Notes under the pieces: model-generated
What the model was told of the DNA's origin: nothing
Seen by the model: the letters and a program-made list of their open reading frames with translations, nothing else
The model's database searches: none
Source of the DNA: Octopus bimaculoides
Lineage: Eukaryota
DNA: 64,000 bases
NCBI RefSeq assembly: GCF_001194135.2
Contig: NC_068987.1
Coordinates: forward strand, 29,177,532 to 29,241,531
Direction: 5' to 3'
Shown here: in pieces, positions 13,561-25,020 of the stretch
Numbering within the stretch: the first letter of the stretch is position 1
Layout of the letters: each line of letters starts with the position of its first letter
Position numbers and translations under genes: made by a program

Positions 13561-14164
13561 CTGCAAAATATGACATAGTGAAAGAATATAATGGCTCTAC
13601 ATGACTGTAACGAAACAGATTAACATCGTATTTGCGATGACAATAAACATGGTATTTGCGAAAACAATAAATATATTGCGACGTGAATACTTGAATAATA
13701 TGTTTTCTCTTGTCAGAACCTCTACTCAAATATATAAAATTCTATGTAGCTCTGAGAACAGGAAGGAATCAATCTCAATTGACATTACAGAGTGAAGATT
13801 GCTAATGACATGGAAAATTGAGAGAAGCAATATTTTTTTTTCCCAAAATATGTTCTTTCCAAAGTTTTATTACATTGAAATTTAGGTATGCAAGATTTAT
13901 TCTAACCTAATGAAAAGAACATTTTCTAACATGTGGTATAGTAGAATATTAATGTATATCACTTTAGAAATATATTCCAAGGGCGTACTGGTGTCGATAT
14001 CATCTCCAGGTCCCGTTTCTATATAATCCAATAAGGATAATAACCTACTGAAGGATAATTCTCTCCCGCACCCTTTCGCTTTACAGACACAGACGCACAC
14101 ACATACATATATAGACGCATTCTTACATGTATATACATACATACACACGCGCACACATATGTAC

Positions 14165-14195
<31 letters not shown>

Positions 14196-14670
14196 CACAC
14201 CTCTGTGTGTGTATGTGTGTGTGTGTGTGTGTGNNNNNNNNNNNNNNNNNNNNNNNNNNNNNNNNNNNNNNNNNNNNNNNNNNNNNNNNNNNNNNNNNNN
14301 NNNNNNNNNNNNNNNNNNNNNNNNNNNNNNNNNNNNNNNNNNNNNNNNNNNNNNNNNNNNNNNNNNNNNNNNNNNNNNNNNNNNNNNNNNNNNNNNNNNN
14401 NNNNNNNNNNNNNNNNNNNNNNNNNNNNNNNNNNNNNNNNNNNNNNNNNNNNNNNNNNNNNNNNNNNNNNNNNNNNNNNNNNNNNNNNNNNNNNNNNNNN
14501 NNNNNNNNNNNNNNNNNNNNNNNNNNNNNNNNNNNNNNNNNNNNNNNNNNNNNNNNNNNNNNNNNNNNNNNNNNNNNNNNNNNNNNNNNNNNNNNNNNNN
14601 NNNNNNNNNNNNNNNNNNNNNNNNNNATATATACATACATATACATATATATATATACACACCTCTGTGT

Positions 14671-14708
<38 letters not shown>

Positions 14709-15189
14709 ATATATGCCCACATATCTGATAGTGAACGAGTATGTGCAAAGCAATACCTGTGATTGCTGTTTGTATATGTATGCATGTTTGAGTGCACATG
14801 TTAGAGACTTCTAGGCCATATATCAATAATTACATATAACTAATTCGATAGTGTACCTGACAGCTGAAGGCTCGAATAGTGTTATTGTATCCTGTCTGAA
14901 AGATCAAGTATTGATGAATACATCTCATAATTAGAAAAGCCAACGAGCTTCATTGATCATCATATATGTATCATATAAATCTATACATAGTCACGCCTAT
15001 ACACTGCTAGTGTGACAGCGGCGATGACGATACCGATACAAACAATGGCGATGATGAAGATGTCGGATGAAGACGAAGATGAAGACGGTGACGTGTTATA
15101 ATGCAAATATATGCAAAAATAATATATATATACCGTATTGCAGTTGTTGTTGTTGTTGTTGTTGTTGTTCTCGTCGTTGCAGCTGTTCT

Positions 15190-15523
15190 TGTTCAAATTC
15201 TGCCGAGGCCAACTTTGCTTTCATCGTTTCGGGGCCGATGAATAAAGTACCAGTGTAACACTTGATCAATGTAATCGACTAGTCCTCTCCCCACAAGCTT
15301 CAGACCTTGTGCTTATAGTAAAAAGAATTATAATTATAATTGTTGTTGTTGCTGCTGTTCTTGTTCAAATTTTCCCGAGGTCGACTTTGCCTTTCATCTT
15401 TTCGGGGTCGATAAAGTGCGTACCAGTAAAACACTGAAGTTGATATGATCGACTAATCACCACCATAAAACCCTCACAATTGCAGGTTTTGTGCCTTTCG
15501 TAGAAAGGAGCATTATCATTCAT

Positions 15524-15555
<32 letters not shown>

Positions 15556-15797
15556 TAAGGTGGTGAGCTGACAGAATCGTTAGCGCGCGGACAAAATGCT
15601 TAGCAGCTTTTAGTCCATCCTTACGTTCTGAGTTCGAATGCCACCGAGGTCGACTTTGTCATTCATACTTCGGGGTCACTGAAATAATTACCAGTTACGA
15701 ACTGGAGTCTATGTAATCGACTAGCTCCATCCCCCAAAGTTTCACGCCTTGTGCCTGTAGTAGAAAGGATTATTATTATCATTATTATTATTATTAT

Positions 15798-15844
<47 letters not shown>

Positions 15845-16010
15845 TCATTATTATTATTACTATCAGCAGCAGCAGCAGAATCACCACTGTCGGTGAGCTG
15901 ACAAAATCTTTAGTATGCTGGTTGAAAAGCGATATTTCATCCGTCTTTATATTCTGAGTTCAAATTCCCCCAGTCACGATTAAATAAATACCAGTTGATC
16001 ACTGGGGCCC
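15190..16010 (+). mobile_element. Cluster of four SINE family B copies (two 5'-truncated, one full at 15556-15770, one head at 15885-16010)
   Basis: GAGGTCGACTTTG.C.TTCAT.CTTTCGGGGTC or its variants recurs in three copies and the GGTGAGCTGACA head in two. Separated by (GTT), (CAT) and (ATT/AGT/AGC) runs. Confidence 0.9.
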
Positions 16011-16019
16011 ATGTCAGCT

Positions 16020-16848
16020 GAGGGTCTTCCCAACACCTACAGCAAAGAAACTCACTGTATACATTGGTAGGCCCTTAAAACAAACACACCAAAGTGTTCG
16101 TTCACAAAATCATGTGAAAAAAAGACAAAGAAAATAATGAGGAAAAAAGGAAGGAATATTCACAGCGACAATGCTCTTCACAAAATGTGTGACATACCAG
16201 TTAAGACAATCTTTTGCATTTTCTGTAGGGATCGTAAGACAAGAGTCATTCTCAAATACTCTTCAGTACCGTTTTTTATTATTCCAAGTGCTCCTACAAT
16301 CACTGGTATTGTAATCGTCTTGATGCCATACGTTTTTTTTTCGTTTTAAATCAGGAAATCTTTATATTTTCTGAATTTATTAAATTATTTTACTGAGATA
16401 TTAGGACCACAAGTTATGCTCATGTCATTCAATAAACAGATTTTATTGTTTTGGTTTCCACAACAATATCAGCTTTATTTGCTTTAATGGACCGTTCTGT
16501 GTGTACAGGAAAGTCTCAAAGAATCGCTACATTTTCTCCCTCAGTTACGGCTTGATTTTATAATGCCGACATATTATCCAGTGTAGATATTGGCCAACCC
16601 TGTCATGTGTTGGTTTATATTTGACTGGTACTAAAATCATGCACACAGAGATTAAATGGACCACACTTTCAATCTCATCATTGCAGTATCGGAAATTTGG
16701 GTCTACTCCATTTTTCATCACATTTGCTTGGTAGTTCCAGGTCAAAAGGCCCTGAACTTGAGCAATTAAGATAAAGGCTTCGCTCTCTGCCTTCAGCCCC
16801 GAGGTTTGTAGCCACTGATAGGGGTGCTTCTGGTCTACTAATGCGCAT
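16020..16848 (-). mobile_element. Decayed 3' fragment of a second R4/Dong-type LINE (zinc knuckle, RLE, 3' UTR)
   Basis: QWLQTSGLKAESEAFILIAQVQGLLTWNYQANVMKNGVDPNFRYCNDEIESVVHLISVC..HDRVGQYLHW, then TERSIKANKADIVV and TIPVIVGALGIIKNGTEEYL..QKIVLTGMSHIL*RAL, with frameshifts. Confidence 0.9.
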
Positions 16849-16950
16849 CCCAATATAGCCATCATTACTACCCGTCTGATAATGGTGCAATAATCACATG
16901 CATCACAACCATGGGCGCGACATGGTGATATCAAAATAAACAGCGCATTT
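16848..16950 (-). repeat. Family A internal/3' fragment
   Basis: ACTACCCGTCTGATAA...CACATGCATCACAACC...GCGACATGGTGAT...AAATAAACAGCGCAT matches 7290-7380. Confidence 0.8.
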
Positions 16951-17026
16951 TTAAAAATAAACTTGTACTCTACAACAGTACAGACTAATCTTTCAAATTA
17001 ATATAAATTTGTTTATTATATTATAT

Positions 17027-17066
<40 letters not shown>

Positions 17067-17501
17067 NNNNNNNNNNNNNNNNNNNNNNNNNNNNNNNNNN
17101 NNNNNNNNNNNNNNNNNNNNNNNNNNNNNNNNNNNNNNNNNNNNNNNNNNNNNNNNNNNNNNNNNNNNNNNNNNNNNNNNNNNNNNNNNNNNNNNNNNNN
17201 NNNNNNNNNNNNNNNNNNNNNNNNNNNNNNNNNNNNNNNNNNNNNNNNNNNNNNNNNNNNNNNNNNNNNNNNNNNNNNNNNNNNNNNNNNNNNNNNNNNN
17301 NNNNNNNNNNNNNNNNNNNNNNNNNNNNNNNNNNNNNNNNNNNNNNNNNNNNNNNNNNNNNNNNNNNNNNNNNNNNNNNNNNNNNNNNNNNNNNNNNNNN
17401 NNNNNNNNNNNNNNNNNNNNNNNNNNNNNNNNNNNNNNNNNNNNNTATATATATATATATATATATATGTATACATACAGATACACACACTCATATATAT
17501 C

Positions 17502-17534
<33 letters not shown>

Positions 17535-17679
17535 ATGTATGTATTTACATATATATATATTTGTATATGTGTGTGTGTGTGCGTGTGTGTGTGCGTGTGT
17601 GTGTGTGTAGATAGAATACAATGTATGTGTACATGTGTGTGTATGTGCGTGCGTGCATATTTATACATTCTTTTCTACT

Positions 17680-17835
17680 CTAGGCACACGGTCGGAAACT
17701 TTTGCAAAGGGAGCCAGTCGATTAGATCGACACCAGTATGCAACTGGTTCGTAATTTATCGACCCCGAAAGGAGGAAAATCAAAGTCGACCTATCGGAAT
17801 TTGAACTCAGAACATTCCTGCCATCTCGCCGCCTT
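17680..17835 (-). mobile_element. SINE family B copy (partial)
   Basis: CCAGTCGATTAGATCGAC.CCAGTATGCAACTGG..TTTATCGACCCCGAAAGGA..AAAGTCGACC..GGAATTTGAACTCAGAAC. Confidence 0.85.
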
Positions 17836-18289
17836 TGTGTACTTATACATTGAAATAGAAATGAATAATATAGTGCTATATGTTGATTCTTAAAGATATT
17901 GCTGCTGTCGTGAGAAACTGAAATGAAATACAAGGAGCTGGGGTTGGGTTTCGAATGGAAGAAAAGAGGTTTGCACAAAATGGAGTAGACTAGTGTATAT
18001 TGAACATCATTTTCCCTTCACGGAAGCCTGTATTATGAGAATGTCCAACTGACGTCATACCAAGGCTGAGAAAGTTATATTAAATGTTGTGTACTTCATT
18101 GACGCGAGTTTTGATCGTGAAGCTTTATAAAAAGTAAGAACGTTTCTAAAGGGATTTCCTGGATATCAAGAACACGGGTCTTTCGTCTTTGAAGAGTTTC
18201 ATGAGCATAAATTTTGAAATTTTATCTCCATTGAAAATAAATTAAAAGTTTATTTTTCTGTAGATTAATAGACATTACTAAAGGTACTT

Positions 18290-18520
18290 ACTCTTTTACT
18301 CTTTGATTTGTTTCAGTCATTTGACTGCGGCCATGCTGGAGGAACACCTTTATTCGAGGAACTCGACCCCAGGACTTATTCTTTGTAAGCCTAGTACTTA
18401 TTCTATCGGTCTCTTTTGTCGAACCGCTAAGTTACGGTGGTGTAAACACACCACCATCGGTTGTCAAGCGATGTTGGGGGGACAAACACAGACACACAAA
18501 CATACACACACACATGCATA
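18290..18520 (-). mobile_element. SINE family C, 3' half
   Basis: TTGTTTCAGTCATTTGACTGCGGCCATGCTGGAG..CCCCAGGACTTATTCTTTGTAAGCCTAGTACTTATTCTATCGG; runs into a gap at the internal microsatellite. Confidence 0.9.
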
Positions 18521-19044
18521 NNNNNNNNNNNNNNNNNNNNNNNNNNNNNNNNNNNNNNNNNNNNNNNNNNNNNNNNNNNNNNNNNNNNNNNNNNNNNNNN
18601 NNNNNNNNNNNNNNNNNNNNNNNNNNNNNNNNNNNNNNNNNNNNNNNNNNNNNNNNNNNNNNNNNNNNNNNNNNNNNNNNNNNNNNNNNNNNNNNNNNNN
18701 NNNNNNNNNNNNNNNNNNNNNNNNNNNNNNNNNNNNNNNNNNNNNNNNNNNNNNNNNNNNNNNNNNNNNNNNNNNNNNNNNNNNNNNNNNNNNNNNNNNN
18801 NNNNNNNNNNNNNNNNNNNNNNNNNNNNNNNNNNNNNNNNNNNNNNNNNNNNNNNNNNNNNNNNNNATACAATTTAATAAGGAGTTTGAAGTATAGCCAC
18901 GATTTACATTGCGAGAGTAAGAACCTAAGAAGTAGGTATACTTTTACATTGAAATGAAACGAAAATAAAATGTATTTTATTTTTAAGCTTCTAGCACCTT
19001 TTGTTCTATATATTCCAAGTTCAATCAATTAAGACTATCACGAC

Positions 19045-19272
19045 TCCTGTGGGAATAGTGAAAATTCCCTGGCTTTAAGGGTATCGGAAAAAGGCCTAGT
19101 TGGAGATTCAACCTTATGAGTTCATTTACAGGGCTTGAAAACTTTGAAGGACCGCTGCAATAAGTGTGTGAATCTGAGAGGGGAATATGCTGAATAAAAT
19201 CATAATTAACTGATCCTCTTGTATTATCTTTTGCCCGAAGCCAGGAACCTTTCAGCACCCCACCCCCTTATA
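19045..19272 (+). mobile_element. Mariner-derived MITE / internally deleted element (~230 bp)
   Basis: Degenerate TIRs (left TGAAAATTCCCTGGCTTT 19059-19076; right GAAGCCAGGAACCTTTCAGCACC 19237-19259). Internal 19144-19197 encodes LKDRCNKCVNLRGEYAE*, the mariner transposase C-terminus. TA follows the right end. Confidence 0.75.
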
Positions 19273-19277
19273 TAAGG

Positions 19278-19710
19278 AGGCGCAGGTATGGAGGTGTAGT
19301 AAGAAGTTTATTTCCTAACAACATGGTTCATGACAAATGCCTTTTACTATAGCTTCGGGTCGATCAAATGTGTTGTCATTGGGTTTGATTGACGGAAACT
19401 GAAAGAAGCCGGTATATATGTGTCTTTGTGTGTGCGTGCACGTTTGTGCGTGTGTGCGTGTACGTACGTGTGGGAAATGTGTGCGCGTGTGTGCGTGTAT
19501 GTACGTATCACCTACCACCACTTGACATCAGATGTTAGTGTGTTTATGTCCCGTAAATTCGCAGTGCAGCAAAAGAGACTAGTAGAATAAGTACCAGGCT
19601 TTAACAAAATAATAAGTACTGGGGCTGATCCGCCCGACTAAAATTCTTCAAGGCGGTGACTAAGCATGGCCGCATTCTAATGACTGAAACAATTATGAGA
19701 TAAAAAGAAA
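19278..19710 (+). mobile_element. SINE family C (tRNA-like head, internal dinucleotide tract), near full length
   Basis: GACGGAAACTGAAAGAAGCC-(TA/TG tract)-...GAATAAGTACCAGGCTT...AAGGCGGTG..AGCATGGCCGCA..AATGACTGAAACA is shared with the 18290, 33085 and 50195 copies. Confidence 0.85.
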
Positions 19711-21472
19711 ATGACTTATCTTTTGTACTTATCTTTCATTGGAATTGATGTTATGTATATCTGATGATTTTTCATATATACATGAATGTGTATAGGAAAA
19801 TACACATCATTACGTATAATCATGAGTGTGGTAGCGTAAATACCTTTTGACTAGTTTCTTAGAATTTGCCAATGATATTTCAAGTAATAACATTATTTTA
19901 AATAAATAAATATGTGAAAAAGACAGCTAAAAGACATGTTGGCAATAGAATATAAAGCGTGGACTGACACTAAAGAACGACATTAAAAATATATTCTCTG
20001 GTATTTATCGGTGCACTGAGTGAGAGCATGGATAATATATGACTTGATAAGTTCAGGTAATGTTATGAGATGTTTTGTTTTGGAAAATATCAGAGAAAGT
20101 TGTTGTCACATCGCCAGTTTTGTACAAGGCATGACAAGATATATATCATGAATATTTAAGAATCATTTTTAAGACTTTAAAGTGTACACTGAACATATTT
20201 TCTATAAATATTTATTTAACAACGTTAAAATGATTTTCAGTATAATTTGAAAACAGAATTTAACCATTCATGTTTATAACTGCACTCAGGAAGGTATATG
20301 CTGAAAGAAAGAGGATTTAGAATTTCACTGCGAGTAATATTATTGTTGATGTTGTTGCTGTTATTGTTGCTGATATTGATATTGAATACAGCGTTTGCTG
20401 TATATCCAAACGTGCAGACTATTGTTGGTCATAGACTTTCCTGCCATGGCAACTGCATCATTCCTTGAAACACAGCATAATCGACGACTACATTATCCTA
20501 TGAATCCTTTCATTTTAGAGACAACAGAGCCTGATTAGAAAGAGCTTTGACAGCTTTTCCTAGTAAATCAAGGGACTCTACAGAGGCTCCCTCGTTAATT
20601 CGTTTGCTACTTAAATTCACTTAAACTTGATCAATCACGCCTTTAATTACAGGAGTCCTAATCATAACCAAATATGTAAATGTACTTTACCGTGAGTCCT
20701 TTTCTATTCTAACATTAATATATATGCGATTTTAGGAGACTTGGTTGCTTTATCTAGCAGGTTGATAGACCATATAGATGTTTTTACTTGTGTTCGTATT
20801 AATACATTTTTCTTGCATGATTCATCTTTGTCTTAAAAAGGAATATTTGAGAAAAGGAATGCAATTTTATAATATTCCATTTTCCATTTTCCAGCTGAAT
20901 ACATCGTCGTGAGCACATTTCTGAATTGTTTAAACGTTATATAAAATCAGGCAAAGGTGAACATTATCTCGGCATAGATGTTTACAAATGACTATACACG
21001 GTCGTTTTCTTTATTAATATTATCTAGAAACATGACCTGCTCTACAGGGTCGAAAGTCAACTATACTTTTGTGTTGCTTGCTAATCATTAATTTCAAAAT
21101 TGACAGTTATTTTCTTTATGGAGATAAGATCTGTATTAAAGATTCCCAGTAATTCTATTGTTCCCTGTTCATATAAAATATACCTGTCAATGAAGTCGTA
21201 AGTACGAATCAGATCTAATTAAAAAGGAATCTAATAGGAATTTTCTGGTTTCAGAGTATAGAGTACGATTTAAAGAACAGTTATTTTTCAGTCTTGTGGC
21301 ACAAACATAACGAAGGGGATGATTAGGTAGAAATAGAATGTTAATCTAATACAATTCCGAGATGAAATATACAACAATATCAAGGCGTCTGTACGCGGTC
21401 GCCTAACTTGCTGGATATAGCAATGGTATTCCATCAAACCACTCAATCTTCACTCAAAACAGGTAATGTGTG

Positions 21473-21717
21473 TGTTGTTGTTGTTGGCACTCCGTCGCTT
21501 CCGACGTCGAAGGTTCCAGCTGATCCGATCAACGGAACAGCCTGCTCGTGAAATTAACGTGCAAGTGGCAGAGCACTCCACGGACACATGTACCCTTACC
21601 GTAGTTCTCGGGGATATTCAGCGTGACACAGAGTGTGACTAGGCAGACCCTTTGAATTACAGGCACAACAGAAACAGGAAGTATGAGTGGTAGAAAGTTG
21701 TGGTGGAAGAGTACAGC
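21473..21717 (-). mobile_element. Same Arg-type SINE family, 3' half with (CAA)n tail
   Basis: GATCAACGGAACAGCCTGCTCGTGAAATTAACGTGCAAGTGGC is shared with 34057-34100. TTG repeats at 21473-21486. Confidence 0.85.
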
Positions 21718-21845
21718 NNNNNNNNNNNNNNNNNNNNNNNNNNNNNNNNNNNNNNNNNNNNNNNNNNNNNNNNNNNNNNNNNNNNNNNNNNNNNNNNNNN
21801 NNNNNNNNNNNNNNNNNNNNNNNNNNNNNNNNNNNNNNNNNNNNN

Positions 21846-21879
<34 letters not shown>

Positions 21880-22259
21880 TGCATGATCAAGACTTACCTG
21901 GAACTAATGTAGAATCAGTGTTTATTCATGAGATATAACGTATAAGGGACAGATAATCTCTTGCACATAACTGTGTACTGTAGCACCTTGTATTTTTGAC
22001 GTGTGGAAAGAATAGAATTCTACACTGTTGAATATTTAATACCTCGTTGGGTAGTATTACTACACTGTGATATGTGAACGTCACTAGGTTGACTGCGACA
22101 TTGGAATAGGAAATTTATTAAATAATTCTATAACGCAGCGCCACTGGTGTTAGACATACCTCCAGACTCTCGGCTGGGTGTGCACTATAGTCTCTCTCAT
22201 AGTCACATGTAAGATATAATGAGACGTCTCATAATATACACTCCGTGATTTAATTTCAT

Positions 22260-22780
22260 ATTTTACTTTTAGTCATGGTAGTAGTTGACAGAATAGTTAG
22301 CGTCGAAAAAGACTATTGCGGCATTTACATTCTAAGTACAAATCTAACTCAGATCAAAATGTATTTTAAATCATTTTGAGATCAATGAAATAATCCACCA
22401 ATCACGGAGTCGGATCTACTAATCAAGAAACTCCTTCCTTCCAGACTTGAGTCCTGCTACCTGTATTAAAAACAATTTAGTTTTTGTCATGGAGGCAGAC
22501 ATATCCACGACTTAAGATTTTCCGCTTGTAATCATAACAACTTTTGTACAACCTCAGCGTGAGGCGTTTCGAGCAAGCCTCTTTTAAGAGTACAGAACAG
22601 GCAGAATCGTTAGAGTGAAAAAGTGCCTCGTGGTATTTACTTACTGAAAATTACATTCTGCGTAAAAAATTCACCGAGATCAGCTTTGCCATTTATCCTT
22701 CCAAGGACGGTAACATAATGTACAAGTCAAATATTGAAGACAATGTAATCGGTGTTACGCTCATCTCCCCCATATTCCTG
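22260..22780 (+). mobile_element. Two degenerate SINE family B-like copies (about 22260-22470 and 22595-22780)
   Basis: GTAGTTGACAGAATAGTTAGCG..CATTCTAAGTACAAAT and GGCAGAATCGTTAG..ACATTCTG..TTCACCGAGATCAGCTTTGCC. Confidence 0.55.
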
Positions 22781-24019
22781 TCTTGTTATTATGTACGTAA
22801 TTATTAATTAGTTTTAGTTTTGTGTCTTGGGAATTGTTGAAATAAGTCCTAGACTTATTTGGTGATCAAGCCTTGTTGATTGTACTGCTTCCCAGCATAG
22901 TACTGGACTTGAGTAGAACTAGAAATATTTTATTGTGCAATATTTTGAAACAAATTATATGAATCTCTCTGAGTGCGATAACATGGTTGCTGAATAGCTT
23001 TAAGAAGTAAATACTGAGAATTGCAGTTTTTAAGGTATAAAGATATTTGTAGGTAATTATCGTGATTTTCTACTACATTTCTGTTATTGATACATCATAT
23101 ATCTGATTGTCCGCTGAGGATTGTGTAAGCAATGCTTTCAGAAACCAAAATATATTCGTATATTTTACGTCAATCATATCTTCTCTATTCGATTTAATTC
23201 TCAGCGATAAGACCGCAGGAAAATTGTTAACATGCCAATCAGAAAACCGAGCAGAAAACTAAAAATGGGCGTTCGTAATTACACTACTATAACTATATAG
23301 CTATCTTTCATCAATAGTTATCAAATATTTTAAAAGGAAAATATTTTAGAGTGAATATTAAAAGAATTTCAACAATAGTACTTAATTATATCAAGCGTCA
23401 AAATTGCGAGATTAGCAGATGTAGGAATGTAGTTGGCAAAACTCTGGCATTAGCAAATGTAGAAATATAATCTCTTCAACACCAGTAAAATACAGCAGCT
23501 TATATTATCAAACTTCGACAGCGATTTAAAAAATAACACAAATGCGTGGGTTTTTCTGAAATGTAACTTAGAAGAAATAACCTAAAGGCTACAAAATTTG
23601 TGTTCGTTCTATTGTATTTGATGACTAAGTGTTTCAGGGAAAATCGACTGGCGTTACTATTGCATAGTTAGCATGTTGTAAGCAAATTTGAGTTTTTTTC
23701 CGATTTGATCCCTTCGCTTGACATTTTGCATTAAAATACATTCCAATTTACAAAGTCTTGTGAGTGGAATTTTGTAGGCATAAAGTGTATGGAAGTTTTC
23801 TCCGATCCTGAATATGCTAACGATTCCCTTGGTGTAAATATATTGCTTTTCATCCTATTGCTATCAGCAGAAACTTTTGATTGCTTTTTTTTATTCCAAA
23901 ACTCTAACTTTGTAAAACAGTCAGAAGTAATTTGCAATAAATCTTTACTGACGTTCGAGACATTTCATGCATTGGTGGCATGCATTTGAGCAATACCGTA
24001 CTGACGGTATTGTATAACA

Positions 24020-25020
24020 TATCGACCCCTGATTTTCACTGGTTCTTCAAGGTATCCACCAGTAATTTGACCTCAATGGCTTTTGAAATCAGAACATAAT
24101 GATTCGTGACTAAATACTACATAAAGTTCGTCCGACGCTGTATTTGCAGAATTTTTATTTGGTCATTACATCACCCCCAGGAAGTCGTTCCTGCCACAGT
24201 GCTTCTATAACAATGTTAACAATGAATTTGTACTTAGAGCTTAGGTACCTGACCAGATATTTTTAGAGGGTTGGCTTTGTTGATTAACTCAGTACTTCAC
24301 CGGTACTTTATTTTCTGAATCTGGAGAGATTGAAAGCAAAGTAATCTCAGGTGAATATGAACTCAGAACAAAAAGAACCGGGACAAATACCGCAAGGTGA
24401 TTTGTCCAACGCTCTAACTAATCAGCCAATCTGCCGAACAGAAATGTCATTTCAACCACTCTACCTTCAAAATGTTTAGAATGATATCACACACTCAGTG
24501 ATAGATGTAGGTCACTTAATCAATCTCAATACTGTATTTTAGCTATAATCAGTGATATATGCTATTTAGTATTTAATCAGATAATCTACCACCCAATCTC
24601 TCGTATCAATTCATTGTACAAGTCGATGTGGGCTAGCTTCTGTGATCGCATGTACTGCTGCAAACAGCCACCAAATTCGCCGACAAATAAAAACGAATAC
24701 AGTATAAACGAGTCCAAGGTATATTGCCTAGAATAAAGTGCGGATAGTTATGGCTACAATGCCATTTATATTTGTCCTTTTAGAAATGACCTGAGGTTAA
24801 ATAAAAACAGCAAAAATAAATTACTTAATATAGTGACAGTTATTAATAAAGGCATAAAACTAAGAAATTTGGAGGAATGAGTAAGATAGTTGAGTTGTAG
24901 TTTATTGTATTGTCTTCGGATGAATGAGAATAAAGTGTGACCTTGGCGGGATTTGAATTCAGAAAATAAAGACTTAAATACCACAGGGTCCTCTTTTCTG
25001 CCACTCCAACCTGCGCCCCA
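24020..25020 (-). mobile_element. Three degenerate SINE family B-like copies (about 24020-24140, 24255-24440, 24870-25020)
   Basis: Recurrent AAAGT.A.CT..G.G.ATTTGAACTCAGAA and AAATACC.CA motifs. Confidence 0.6.

Noticed and set aside
13897-14826. Long ORFs spanning N-gaps (also near 4600, 17000, 18400, 21700, 28200, 32000, 33100, 42100, 48000, 59400)
   Set aside because: They are open only because N codons translate as X; the flanks are microsatellite.
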